Program-made: the position numbers and the translations under genes
In this document: one piece after another, positions 27,796 to 37,186 of the stretch
How the letters are laid out: every line of letters begins with the position of its first letter
Position numbering within the stretch: the first letter of the stretch is position 1
The notes under the pieces: generated by a model
The model's database searches: none
Seen by the model: only the letters and a program-made list of their open reading frames with translations
Told to the model about the DNA's origin: nothing
Sequence record: PZ019084.1
Length of the DNA: 64,000 nt
From: a phage
Reading direction: 5' to 3' (one strand)

Positions 27796-28764
27796 TTATT
27801 TCAGAAGAGTAACCTCAGCGATTTCTTCCCAACCGTTTTTATCGGTCATAATAAAGTCAGCAAGATAAAGAGCAGTACGCAGTGAAACATTGCGTAAACG
27901 ATTAACATTAACTTTCATCCATGATAATGCTTTATAAGTTTCTTCATCAGAAAGACCGCGCTTTTGCATCATGTCAGTTGAAAGAATAACATCTTCAACC
28001 CTGACCATAATTTCTTCATTAGTGTGAACACCCAAATCCAAATAAACCGAGCGGGACACTAATGCTTGTAAATGTGGAGCAAGTTTAGTACCACGGTCTA
28101 ATTCGCGGTCAATGTCAACGTTTGTGATAAAAACAATCGTTCCTTTAAATTCAAACTCACGGTCAATGCCTTTTTCTTCTAAGTAAGAAGACGCAGTGCT
28201 CCAGCAGACTTTACGGGTCTCTCCAGTGTCCAGAGCGGCTTTTAGAAGATTAAGAATGTCCATATCAGAGAAAACATCCACATCATCAATCAAAAGGACA
28301 GAATTCTCTTCACGATTATTCCAAAGCTGCTCATAAAGACCAATACCAGAGATTTTACCATTAATACTTTTATATTCAATGTATCCAATATCATTTGCTT
28401 TATTTAAAGCTTTATCTAAAGAATACGTTTTACCAATACCTGCTGCGCCAGAGATAATCAATGAACGAATATTTCCGTTAATAATACCATTCGTCATCAT
28501 TCCCATAACATTAAATCTTTTATTAATGCGGGTTTTCATATCTTCATACGATTCTTTAACTTCCTCAACTTTTACACCATCATATGAAATATCTGATTTG
28601 TAAACCCAAACACCGCGACGTTTACCGTCAATTTCAACAAAAACTTTACCATCTCCTTGTGCATCTACCGGAGCATTATCTGGGAACCATTCGCCTAAGA
28701 GCTCAAAAGTTCCAGAGATTTCTTTACCGAAGTAGATACCCTTATTGATAGTTACAGTTTTCAT
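27796..28764 (-). CDS. P-loop NTPase, AAA-like (322 aa)
   Basis: Walker A GAAGIGKT, Walker B VLLIDDVD, sensor-like VFITN; start trimmed to MKTVTINK downstream of an early promoter. Confidence 0.65.
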   Translation of the reverse strand: MKTVTINKGIYFGKEISGTFELLGEWFPDNAPVDAQGDGKVFVEIDGKRRGVWVYKSDISYDGVKVEEVKESYEDMKTRINKRFNVMGMMTNGIINGNIRSLIISGAAGIGKTYSLDKALNKANDIGYIEYKSINGKISGIGLYEQLWNNREENSVLLIDDVDVFSDMDILNLLKAALDTGETRKVCWSTASSYLEEKGIDREFEFKGTIVFITNVDIDRELDRGTKLAPHLQALVSRSVYLDLGVHTNEEIMVRVEDVILSTDMMQKRGLSDEETYKALSWMKVNVNRLRNVSLRTALYLADFIMTDKNGWEEIAEVTLLK

Positions 28765-28788
28765 TTTATTCTCCAAATCCGTATCAGT

Positions 28789-28830
28789 TGATAGTTGTAT
28801 AGTACCATAAAGCTTTATGCTTGTAAACCG
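28789..28830 (-). promoter_or_regulatory. T4-type early promoter
   Basis: GTTTAC (28828-28823); conserved core repeat. Confidence 0.6.
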
Positions 28831-28860
28831 TTTTGTGAAAAAATTTTGAAATAAAAAAAG

Positions 28861-28878
28861 GGAGCCCGAAGGCTCCCT
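28861..28878 (-). terminator. CUUCGG tetraloop hairpin
   Basis: gggagcc-cgaa-ggctccc immediately after the NTase-like gene stop. Confidence 0.55.
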
Positions 28879-28879
28879 A

Positions 28880-29893
28880 TCATTTATAATAACTTCGGTG
28901 GTTTTCAAGATAAACCCTCTCAAGGAAGTCATCCCAGAAACCCATGTCTACTTTTTGCTGCATACCGTTCTTAGAAGCTTCAATGGATGCTGCTTCTACT
29001 TGATCGACCACATCTTCCAAAAACTCTTGAACAGTTTTAAATGGATGTTTACCCAGCTTCACGTCGAGAATAAATGGAGCGTCTTGAAGTGGATAGACTA
29101 AGTCACCAGTTTTGTAAATTTCCAATAGTTGGAGTCCACCACGACAAGCATGACTCAGAGCTTTCCAGTCAATGCCCTCATTCGCTTCAGCCTTACGAGC
29201 ACGTTCGCCATATTCAGCATCTAATTTATTCAGTGACTGTTTAAGCTCGATAAGAGAAAGCGTTGTTTGATATTTACGACCCAACACAGTGTAGAACGTT
29301 TGTGGGCCTGTTTTCTCATGATTATGGAATACCCATTCACAGAATTCGTTCTCTGGAAGACGATGCTTAATATCTTCAACTTTAGTTCGACGAAGTCTAT
29401 CAGGGATTCCTTCTTGATAATCAACCCACTGATCGGGGATTTGATTAACTACTTTCAATACATCACGCAATGCGGCCAAACGAGAACCCTTGACGCCGTA
29501 TTTAGAAGCTTGCTTGCGAACATATCCTAAATAGGATTTCATGTTAGTCGTATAAAAACGAGAACGATTGTCTTGAATAAACTTCCATACATCAGGCAAA
29601 TCAGATTTAACTACCAGTTCAGGTGGAGTGTGAAGCATATCCAATGCTACAGTTTCACCATCTGCTGCTAATTTAAAGAAATATTTAAGACTATATAGTT
29701 CATGGTCAATATCATCTTTAGTGTTTTTAGATGATGTATTGTTAGTGTTTTTGCTCATATGCTCTTTAACATTTCCGATAAGAATATCGCGAGCAGGAGG
29801 AACAAAGATTTCTTTAAAATCTACATCAGATTCTGGAGTAGAAGTTCCATAAAGATGACTACCAAAATAGCTTTTCATTACTGTTTTCATCAT
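28880..29893 (-). CDS. nucleotidyltransferase-fold protein (337 aa)
   Basis: Pol-beta-type NTase signature GSHLYGTSTPESDVDF (GS...DxD) plus downstream acidic residue; ATG overlaps upstream stop. Confidence 0.6.
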   Translation of the reverse strand: MMKTVMKSYFGSHLYGTSTPESDVDFKEIFVPPARDILIGNVKEHMSKNTNNTSSKNTKDDIDHELYSLKYFFKLAADGETVALDMLHTPPELVVKSDLPDVWKFIQDNRSRFYTTNMKSYLGYVRKQASKYGVKGSRLAALRDVLKVVNQIPDQWVDYQEGIPDRLRRTKVEDIKHRLPENEFCEWVFHNHEKTGPQTFYTVLGRKYQTTLSLIELKQSLNKLDAEYGERARKAEANEGIDWKALSHACRGGLQLLEIYKTGDLVYPLQDAPFILDVKLGKHPFKTVQEFLEDVVDQVEAASIEASKNGMQQKVDMGFWDDFLERVYLENHRSYYK

Positions 29894-30351
29894 TCAGCCT
29901 TATATTCAATAACAGGACATACTTTAGCTTTACGCGCTTTTAAAAATTCGACGATAATAGATTTCTTGGGTTGAATAGGAGGTAAACCCTTATACGCCCT
30001 ATCAATATTTTCTACATGTAAAGCATAATCCTTTTTCCATTTATAATCTTTATATTTTTCATGCAGTTGTGCAGGAATAACAAATGAACCAATAATAAGT
30101 AAAACAAGCAAAATGGCAAGTATAAATGCTGATGGAATAAGAGTCCATAAACTACCAAAAATAAGCCATTTCTGTATGATTTCTGCGCAGATAATAGTTA
30201 GACCTGCGAGCATAGTACATCCGAATAAAGAAACGAAAAATGTAGGGATAACAATAGACCAAAAATACGCGCACAGTGTCTTAGGTCGTTTCCATTCGTC
30301 GTTAAACATTTTGAATAATTTATAATGCCAAGAGTTTTCATTAATAATCAT
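29890..30351 (-). CDS. membrane protein (153 aa)
   Basis: Three predicted transmembrane helices, basic C-terminus. Confidence 0.6.
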   Translation of the reverse strand: MIINENSWHYKLFKMFNDEWKRPKTLCAYFWSIVIPTFFVSLFGCTMLAGLTIICAEIIQKWLIFGSLWTLIPSAFILAILLVLLIIGSFVIPAQLHEKYKDYKWKKDYALHVENIDRAYKGLPPIQPKKSIIVEFLKARKAKVCPVIEYKAE

Positions 30352-30353
30352 AA

Positions 30354-30875
30354 TTATCCTTTCATTGAAGGTGTAACAGTTGTTAAATACTTAATCATAG
30401 CTTCAGCTTCTGATTTTGATAATGAAATTTCTCCACTGTTTTGACGAATAGAAATAAAATCCGGATGACGGTCACCACCAGCTTTTAAAACACACATATA
30501 AGTATCAGTTTCATCTTCAATATCTGAAATGATTGAAGCAGTTCCGCATGAATGCGGTTTTTGATAAATCAATGCAGCTTTTCTTCCACCGTTTGACTGT
30601 TCATAAACTTTTAACACATCAAACAAATCACTTCTTTTATCAATAGCTAAGATGTTGTTTTCATCTTCAATGTTAAATCCTTCGGATACTTCATAAAGTG
30701 TCACCCATAAATCACCTATATCGATAGTAGCATTTACTTTTCCATGGCTTTCAAGAGCATGACAAATTTTCTTGATTTCGTCATAACTCATTTTAATAAT
30801 ATCATCTCCTTGAATAAGGAAGATGTCATTTTTAAATTCAACACGAATTAAACCACTTTCACTTGAAATAAACAT
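30354..30875 (-). CDS. hypothetical protein (173 aa), tandem paralogue
   Basis: C-terminal motif SEAEAMIKYLTTVTPSM shared with next gene. Confidence 0.55.
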   Translation of the reverse strand: MFISSESGLIRVEFKNDIFLIQGDDIIKMSYDEIKKICHALESHGKVNATIDIGDLWVTLYEVSEGFNIEDENNILAIDKRSDLFDVLKVYEQSNGGRKAALIYQKPHSCGTASIISDIEDETDTYMCVLKAGGDRHPDFISIRQNSGEISLSKSEAEAMIKYLTTVTPSMKG

Positions 30876-30881
30876 ATTTCC

Positions 30882-31439
30882 TCACTTTGAAATCATAGTT
30901 GGAATGACAGAATCAAGATAAGTCTTTAGCGCAATAGCTTCGTCTTTGGTAAATGTGACAATATGTGATCGAAAATCGTCAATTTGGCGAATAGTTAAGA
31001 CATCTCCCTCTTCATAACATTTTGATACATTTAAAAGAGTTTCATCATTCTGATTGCAAGCGTTAGTAATAATAGCATTGCAATTTTTGAGCCATTTTAA
31101 ACTATGTTTTCTTTCATTAGAATAATAAAAATATTTAATCTTAGCTATAAAACTATCCCAATGGATAACTGATAAACACATTGACTCACTGTTAATATTA
31201 AATCCTGGGCATGAAGAATAAAAATGAATTTTGTGCTCATCATTGATGCTTACTATTTTATCAGTATAAGGATATTCAATTTGGGTTAAATGAATGATTT
31301 CACTAGGCGTAAAATATAGCATATCGTCTTCTTGCGTCAAACGATACATGTTATTTACTTTTTCTATAGCCAATTCACCAAAAAGTGGACTAACTTCTAA
31401 TACCAATCGTTTCATATTGATTCTCTTCGACTCACTCAC
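30882..31439 (-). CDS. hypothetical protein (185 aa), tandem paralogue
   Basis: C-terminal motif KDEAIALKTYLDSVIPTM. Confidence 0.55.
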   Translation of the reverse strand: MSESKRINMKRLVLEVSPLFGELAIEKVNNMYRLTQEDDMLYFTPSEIIHLTQIEYPYTDKIVSINDEHKIHFYSSCPGFNINSESMCLSVIHWDSFIAKIKYFYYSNERKHSLKWLKNCNAIITNACNQNDETLLNVSKCYEEGDVLTIRQIDDFRSHIVTFTKDEAIALKTYLDSVIPTMISK

Positions 31440-31566
31440 AATTACATACTCCTTTGAATAGTATCAATAATGTTGTTCACCAGATTATAAGTAAACATTG
31501 GATAATTATATTGAATCATCACATACACAACAAACAAAACTTTCATTCTCTTCTCCTTGGCAGTTG

Positions 31567-31606
31567 ACAAGATTACTATACCATAACCTTGCCAACTTGT
31601 AAACAA
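31567..31606 (-). promoter_or_regulatory. T4-type early promoter
   Basis: GTTTAC (31604-31599) and TATAGT -10. Confidence 0.5.
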
Positions 31607-31769
31607 TTAAATGACGTTTTCAATAAAATTCTGAAGCTTTGTGTGAGCATCAACCATGATTTTCATTTCTTCCTTTGCGAAAGCTGTACCTCTTTCTCGA
31701 GCAGAATACTCATAGTCAGAAACTGCATTAGCATATTCTTCAATTAGCTTCATTAAAAACATCTGCTTT

Positions 31770-31964
31770 TCAGTTTTCATTATTCCACCTAATCATTTCA
31801 AGATATTGAACTAACTTAGCTTTGGATTTATCCAAATCCTTTTTAGCTGCTTCTATACCATCGTACGAATATCCTTCACAGTGCTCAACTGCCAATTGGT
31901 ATGAATCTATTTCAATATCACGTGCTAATTTAATGATTTTTTCAAACTGTTCACGTGTTAGCAT
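31770..31964 (-). CDS. hypothetical protein (64 aa)
   Basis: Small ORF. Confidence 0.45.
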   Translation of the reverse strand: MLTREQFEKIIKLARDIEIDSYQLAVEHCEGYSYDGIEAAKKDLDKSKAKLVQYLEMIRWNNEN

Positions 31965-31966
31965 AC

Positions 31967-32170
31967 TTAAACTCTCGTATTATGATCGATAATTTCATCA
32001 AGAAACATATCTAAAGCTTCTACAGCATTATCAACTTTAGCTTCAAGTTCTTCAGCACCTTTATTTGCAATGCCTGACGAAAACCAAGCAAAGTCACTAA
32101 GTTCCTCATCTGCTTTGCGAATTAAAGCTACCAATTCTTTAATTTTATCTGCTTGTTCAATGCTAATCAT
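31967..32170 (-). CDS. hypothetical protein (67 aa from MISIEQ)
   Basis: ATG overlaps upstream stop (TAATG). Confidence 0.45.
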   Translation of the reverse strand: MISIEQADKIKELVALIRKADEELSDFAWFSSGIANKGAEELEAKVDNAVEALDMFLDEIIDHNTRV

Positions 32171-32403
32171 TATTCCACCACATATGAAAGAGAGAATATT
32201 GCACACGCCATGTGAGTTGCAGCTTCATCACACATATCATAACGTTTCTTAAGAAGTTCTACAAGTTCTTCACTAGTAACGTCATCCATGTTGACGAAAA
32301 AATCACCATTAATGATGACGTAGATATTTCCTTCTTGATTAAGTGCTTCAATTTTCATGATGTTCTCCTCTTTATCCGATGGTTGTATAGTATCACAGCT
32401 CAA
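32170..32403 (-). CDS. hypothetical protein (77 aa)
   Basis: Small acidic ORF. Confidence 0.45.
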   Translation of the reverse strand: MSCDTIQPSDKEENIMKIEALNQEGNIYVIINGDFFVNMDDVTSEELVELLKKRYDMCDEAATHMACAIFSLSYVVE

Positions 32404-32432
32404 ATGGAAAGTAAACCGGTAAAATGAAAAAA

Positions 32433-32448
32433 GTCTCCCGAAGGAGAC
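32433..32448 (-). terminator. CUUCGG tetraloop hairpin
   Basis: gtctcc-cgaa-ggagac. Confidence 0.5.
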
Positions 32449-32453
32449 TATTG

Positions 32454-32840
32454 TTATTCGAGGGAAAGAAGATACTTACTCTGGTAAAACATTCCAGTAA
32501 TATCATCTATCGTGCTTTGAATGGCTGGAGGCATTTCTTTATAAATGCTGTTAGATTGGTCTAGTATGCGATCAATCATTTTAACTGTATCAGTAGGAAG
32601 TTTACTAGCATCTGGAATTGAAGGTGTGTATTTTCTACCAGAATACCCCAAATATTGCTCACCAAATTTATCAATCAAATCTGGCAACTCAGAGAAAATA
32701 AAATCGTATGCTTTGTGTCTAGCATAACTTTTAGTTTCAAAATGCGCAGAATGAAAATAAGCTTGTGCAGCCATTAATAAACCTAAGTATTCATCTGCCT
32801 TTGAAGGTTTTCCGCTTTGTGAAAAGTCGCTGAATTTCAT
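32454..32840 (-). CDS. hypothetical protein (128 aa)
   Basis: ORF immediately upstream of rI. Confidence 0.5.
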   Translation of the reverse strand: MKFSDFSQSGKPSKADEYLGLLMAAQAYFHSAHFETKSYARHKAYDFIFSELPDLIDKFGEQYLGYSGRKYTPSIPDASKLPTDTVKMIDRILDQSNSIYKEMPPAIQSTIDDITGMFYQSKYLLSLE

Positions 32841-33130
32841 TCAGTCTCCAATTTAATGTTCATAATTCTAGCGTATGATTGTGCCATCTCCGCGCCTCGT
32901 TCTATGCATTCAAAATCAGAAGAGCACGGGTCATTTTTATAGGTCGTTCGCATGAAACTATAGAACTGTTTAGATGATTCTACGCTTTTATTTTCAAAAA
33001 GCGTATAAACATGTCTAATACCAGATTCCATAAATTTATCAAAATGAGGATCAACATTCGCTTCAATCGGCGGAGATAAAACAAATGCTAATCCTAGCAT
33101 GGCGAATAATGCCGCTGCTTTTAAGGCCAT
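32837..33130 (-). CDS. rI: lysis inhibition regulator rI (periplasmic antiholin)
   Basis: 97 aa with signal-anchor; matches T4 RI. Confidence 0.88.
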   Translation of the reverse strand: MALKAAALFAMLGLAFVLSPPIEANVDPHFDKFMESGIRHVYTLFENKSVESSKQFYSFMRTTYKNDPCSSDFECIERGAEMAQSYARIMNIKLETE

Positions 33131-33142
33131 AAAGGCCTCCTA

Positions 33143-33355
33143 TCATTTTTGTCCTGTATTTACTTTATGCCGATGCACGGCCTTAACTTTATCAAGGTAT
33201 TTTTCAAAATTTCGCAATCTAGTATAGTCTGCCGGAGATTGGTTGAGTGATACTTCTCGACGCAAAGCTGAAATGATATTTCCAACTTCCCTACGAATTT
33301 CATCTAATTGAAGAACAGTAAGATTGCGAAGTTGCTTTTCAGTTAATTGTAGCAT
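33143..33355 (-). CDS. hypothetical protein (70 aa)
   Basis: Small basic ORF. Confidence 0.45.
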
Positions 33356-33403
33356 ATATACATATACCCCTTTAGTTAGATAAACCTATTTATAACTTTT
33401 GCA

Positions 33404-33985
33404 CTAACCGAGCTTTTTAGTTAATTCATTCCAATGTTTTCTACACAAAGAAACATAAATTTCATCACCAATACAGATTTGATTACCTTCTTTAACTGGT
33501 GTTCCATCTTCCATTAATCGAGCTGTCATAATAGCTTTTTTACCACAATGACAAACTGCTTTTAGTTCAATAAGTTTATCTGCAATCGCCAAAAGTTCTT
33601 TAGAACCTTCAAATAATTTTCCGGCGAAATCAGTCCTTAACCCATAAGCCATAACAGGAACATTATATGTATCAACAATTCGGCTTAATTGATGCACCTG
33701 TTCAGTTTTTAAAAACTGAGCTTCATCTACAAATACACAATGAATATCTTTTTGTGCTTCAGCCCATTTATAGAACTCAAAAATATCCATATTATCCGTA
33801 ATAATATTCGCTTCCTGTTTAATTCCAATGCGAGAAACGACTTCACAGACAGAATCGCGAGTATCAATAGCAGGCTTAAGAACTAATACACCCATTCCAC
33901 GTTCTTTATAATTATGCGCAGCAGTCAAAAGAGAAGCAGATTTTCCAGCATTCATTGCTGCATAAGTAAAAATTAAACTCGCCAT
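33404..33985 (-). CDS. tk: thymidine kinase
   Basis: 193 aa; P-loop AMNAGKS and C-terminal Zn cysteines. Confidence 0.92.
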   Translation of the reverse strand: MASLIFTYAAMNAGKSASLLTAAHNYKERGMGVLVLKPAIDTRDSVCEVVSRIGIKQEANIITDNMDIFEFYKWAEAQKDIHCVFVDEAQFLKTEQVHQLSRIVDTYNVPVMAYGLRTDFAGKLFEGSKELLAIADKLIELKAVCHCGKKAIMTARLMEDGTPVKEGNQICIGDEIYVSLCRKHWNELTKKLG

Positions 33986-33986
33986 C

Positions 33987-34175
33987 TTAGTCCTTAGTTA
34001 AATTTTCTAAATATGTTTCTAAATCATTTTCAGCTTTATCGATAGATTTTACTAATTCGTAATATGTTTCGGCATCTCCATAATCTGAAGCCGCTTCAAA
34101 AGATAAATCTCGTTCTAAACTAACAATTTCGCTGATTAAAAATCGTATTTCATTCTTTTGTTCGCGAGTAATCAT
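33987..34175 (-). CDS. hypothetical protein (62 aa)
   Basis: tk.1 position. Confidence 0.45.
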   Translation of the reverse strand: MITREQKNEIRFLISEIVSLERDLSFEAASDYGDAETYYELVKSIDKAENDLETYLENLTKD

Positions 34176-34378
34176 AAGGAATTTATATAATCAATAAGTT
34201 CTTGTTCTTTATCGTCGAAATCTTTACACAGTTCTTCGTATTCATCGGTATTAAAAGGACCGCATTCATCACAAACTTTTTCTAATTCATTGTTTTTATC
34301 CATAACTTCGTGAATAAGAGAAAATAGTCTGTCTTTTTGTTCTTTACTCAGACTCATAACCATGTAACCTTTAAGCAA
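34172..34378 (-). CDS. hypothetical protein (68 aa)
   Basis: tk.2 position. Confidence 0.45.
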   Translation of the reverse strand: MLKGYMVMSLSKEQKDRLFSLIHEVMDKNNELEKVCDECGPFNTDEYEELCKDFDDKEQELIDYINSL

Positions 34379-34566
34379 TATTCTTCTACGTGCTGTTTAC
34401 GACCTTTCTTATCAATAAAGGTATATTCAACGAATGTTCCAATATAGTCTTTATCTACATTATGTGGACTATTAATTGGGCATTTAGTACTGCAAATGCG
34501 TTCCCATTGACGAATAATTTCCACTTTGTTTTTAGGATCAAACGGATGCGGGTAATGTACTTTCAT
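34354..34566 (-). CDS. hypothetical protein (70 aa)
   Basis: tk.3 position. Confidence 0.45.
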   Translation of the reverse strand: MKVHYPHPFDPKNKVEIIRQWERICSTKCPINSPHNVDKDYIGTFVEYTFIDKKGRKQHVEEYCLKVTWL

Positions 34567-35017
34567 AATCCACCACTATTAAATCAATATCAGGAGTAAA
34601 CATGTCAATTAATTTAGAAACCTTATCCCAATCACCACCAGCAATACCGCAACCTATGCGTGGAATGTAAATTACTGGTTTAAACAAAAGGGTTTCTGCC
34701 TGTAGATTTAATTCTATCATGCAGTTTACTAAAGCACCATAATCAAGATTAGGACCCGGTTCGTATTGCGTATACAGGTTATAGCATATACCAAATCCTG
34801 TAGGACTATGTTTAAAAACAATAGACATATCGCCTAATTTATCACGAGAACCGTACTCGGTAGTGGTTTTATCTATTTCTAAAATTTTGGGATAGGCTCT
34901 TGCTAATTGACCTGCTACGCCAGAGCCCATTGTGTGGAAGCAATTGCACCCGTGCGCAATAATATTACCTTGAAGAAATAGGGCGACAATATCGCCCTTG
35001 ATATATTTTACAATCAT
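34538..35017 (-). CDS. macro-domain protein (ADP-ribose binding/processing), 159 aa
   Basis: Macro-domain-like motifs HGCNC, GSGVAGQLA and PRIGCGIAGGDW. Confidence 0.6.
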   Translation of the reverse strand: MIVKYIKGDIVALFLQGNIIAHGCNCFHTMGSGVAGQLARAYPKILEIDKTTTEYGSRDKLGDMSIVFKHSPTGFGICYNLYTQYEPGPNLDYGALVNCMIELNLQAETLLFKPVIYIPRIGCGIAGGDWDKVSKLIDMFTPDIDLIVVDYESTLPASV

Positions 35018-35361
35018 CTAGTACTCAATCCTCGATTATAAGAATCTACCAAACGGTCAACCATTGAATGACAAGCGGCTTTATCTTTCTCCTCCGCAAC
35101 TGAACATTCTAAGGTATTCCACTTTTTAGCATATCGTTTTAATAAAGTATCGTTCTTGTATCTACTTGTTTTATCTCTTTCTCCGTCTTTATATGCATAT
35201 ATTAATTTCTGCGCAAATTCAGCTTGGCATGCTTTATTTTTCCCACAATAATCCGCGGCAGTACGGTTTACATACTCTCTAACTTCAGAATATGATATAT
35301 CTGCTGATGCAGAAGCAGAAAATGAAATTAATCCTATACATAAAACCAAAATTTTAGTCAT
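35014..35361 (-). CDS. vs: secreted protein in the T4 vs position (115 aa)
   Basis: Signal peptide; assignment by position and size. Confidence 0.5.
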   Translation of the reverse strand: MTKILVLCIGLISFSASASADISYSEVREYVNRTAADYCGKNKACQAEFAQKLIYAYKDGERDKTSRYKNDTLLKRYAKKWNTLECSVAEEKDKAACHSMVDRLVDSYNRGLSTR

Positions 35362-35899
35362 TTACTATTTCCAAAAGTTTATTATTTTTAAGGTAGTTAG
35401 CCTTTTCTAGGACTTCAGAAGCATATTTAGAACCTGCTTTAACATTCCATCCCGAATTATAAGAGGATATTGCTTTTCTTATATCACCCTTATGTATATT
35501 TAACCAATAAGAAAGTTCAATGTACGCCCAGGAAGCTGAATTGGACCGTTTATTCAACATTCTTTTTATTTCAGCATCAGTCATATTATAACCAAGTTCC
35601 TTAACTCTTGCTCGCATAGTTGGCAAATAATTTTGGAACATTCCATAGGCATGATGCTTTGGTTTAGATTTTAAATTAACTCCGGCAGAGCTTTCTTGCC
35701 ATAAAATAGCAGCCATTATATGACCTAATCCGCTCTTGTGGATGTTTTTGTGTGTTTTATATTTTCCATCCTTAGAAAATTGTTCCCCGAATTGATACGC
35801 GTAACGCATGTTATCGAGTTGGACATTACTGAAAGTATGCTCGGAGCTATGCGCCATCATTGAAATGGCCAATAGACCAGCGAGTAGTGCTTTTCTCAT
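35354..35899 (-). CDS. secreted lytic-transglycosylase-like protein (181 aa)
   Basis: Signal peptide plus SLT-type motif (ESSAGV ... YGMFQ). Confidence 0.55.
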   Translation of the reverse strand: MRKALLAGLLAISMMAHSSEHTFSNVQLDNMRYAYQFGEQFSKDGKYKTHKNIHKSGLGHIMAAILWQESSAGVNLKSKPKHHAYGMFQNYLPTMRARVKELGYNMTDAEIKRMLNKRSNSASWAYIELSYWLNIHKGDIRKAISSYNSGWNVKAGSKYASEVLEKANYLKNNKLLEIVND

Positions 35900-35906
35900 G
35901 CTTACC

Positions 35907-36368
35907 TCATTGAGTTTTAATTACTGCTTTAGAAGCCTTTCCCGGTAAACGACGACTGTTGATAATTGCCATCCTGCATTGAAGCGACGGGTCTTTGAAC
36001 TTCGCATTAGGTTTACAAACTGTAAATCCAAGCCAAAGATTTCCATCTGTGATTTCTAAACGCCCAGGACGATATTCAACCCCATCAATAAAATCCTCGT
36101 CAATGTCAGGACGCGGAGGCATACTCAGGAATTCATTAACTTCTAAAACATGGTCTTTTATTTTGTGGAATAATTCAAAAACATATGTCTCATCAATCTC
36201 CCGTTGAATTGCACGATCAAGGAGATGCTGAGAATATTTTAGATGAAACGATGAGACCCCTGCTGCTTTTGATGCCTCACGAATCTCATTGTTAATTTGA
36301 CGAAACTCCGACTCAAAGTGACGACGAAGCTTATTTCGACGGATAAAAACTTCTGTGTTGATAGTCAT
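35907..36368 (-). CDS. regB: site-specific RNA endonuclease RegB
   Basis: 153 aa, matches T4 RegB. Confidence 0.9.
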   Translation of the reverse strand: MTINTEVFIRRNKLRRHFESEFRQINNEIREASKAAGVSSFHLKYSQHLLDRAIQREIDETYVFELFHKIKDHVLEVNEFLSMPPRPDIDEDFIDGVEYRPGRLEITDGNLWLGFTVCKPNAKFKDPSLQCRMAIINSRRLPGKASKAVIKTQ

Positions 36369-36387
36369 GTTATTCTCCTCTTAACTG

Positions 36388-36427
36388 ATAGAAAAATTAT
36401 ACCACAGTCAAGAGGAAAAGTAAACAG
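36388..36427 (-). promoter_or_regulatory. T4-type early promoter
   Basis: GTTTAC (36425-36420). Confidence 0.5.
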
Positions 36428-36748
36428 TTATTCTTTAAATCTAATCAATTTATTCATAGACTTTGTAACTTCTGCACGAACCTCATGTAAGTTTTTAAGC
36501 TGTTCAAGACGCTGCTCGTAGTAAGCAATTTCATCTTCTTCGAGACAGTCTTGTGAATCTTCTTTAAGATAACGTGCATAATCCTGGAAAGCTTTACGGA
36601 CTACTTCTTGGAAGTCATCAAGACTTTGAATTTTCTTAGGAGCAACAGATACACGACGAGGGGCAGTATAATACTCATAACCAAACCCTGCGCTTAATTG
36701 AGCCATTAATATTTTTCCTCTGGTTGGAACACAGCACGACAAGCCCAC
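36428..36748 (-). CDS. hypothetical protein (106 aa)
   Basis: vs.3 position. Confidence 0.5.
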   Translation of the reverse strand: MGLSCCVPTRGKILMAQLSAGFGYEYYTAPRRVSVAPKKIQSLDDFQEVVRKAFQDYARYLKEDSQDCLEEDEIAYYEQRLEQLKNLHEVRAEVTKSMNKLIRFKE

Positions 36749-36972
36749 ATACTAGCTTCTTTGAGTTTCGTTTTAGCAATAGTTAACTGATCGAGGCTTT
36801 CAGCATAATTCTTTGCGAATTCGCAGTCTTCACAATTATCTAGTGCTTCCCAGAATTCGTCATATAAAGCGTCAAAGATAAGTCCTAAACGAACTTCAGC
36901 GTCTTTGATAGCATTCACTTTACCGATTTTCTCTTCAGTGTGCGGCTTATAACCTTTAATGTCTTCAATCAT
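36706..36972 (-). CDS. hypothetical protein (88 aa) in the vs.4 position; candidate Acb2-type cyclic-nucleotide sponge
   Basis: By position only; the T4 vs.4 product is reported to antagonise CBASS. Confidence 0.45.
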   Translation of the reverse strand: MIEDIKGYKPHTEEKIGKVNAIKDAEVRLGLIFDALYDEFWEALDNCEDCEFAKNYAESLDQLTIAKTKLKEASMWACRAVFQPEEKY

Positions 36973-37186
36973 ATTCTACTTCCTCACCAGTACATAAATC
37001 ATATTCAACTAAACGAATAGGTTCATGAATGCCATATCCTTGAACAGAAATTTCTGTCGTAGGATAAATTCCATCAATATCACCCATGGTCCACGCTTCA
37101 TTAAATTGCTGTTCGCCTGAATTACTAAACCACTCGGCGAAAGCATTTAACACATCTTTAGAACCTTCAATAATTATCTTTGCCAT
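36965..37186 (-). CDS. hypothetical protein (73 aa)
   Basis: Small acidic ORF. Confidence 0.45.
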   Translation of the reverse strand: MAKIIIEGSKDVLNAFAEWFSNSGEQQFNEAWTMGDIDGIYPTTEISVQGYGIHEPIRLVEYDLCTGEEVEYD

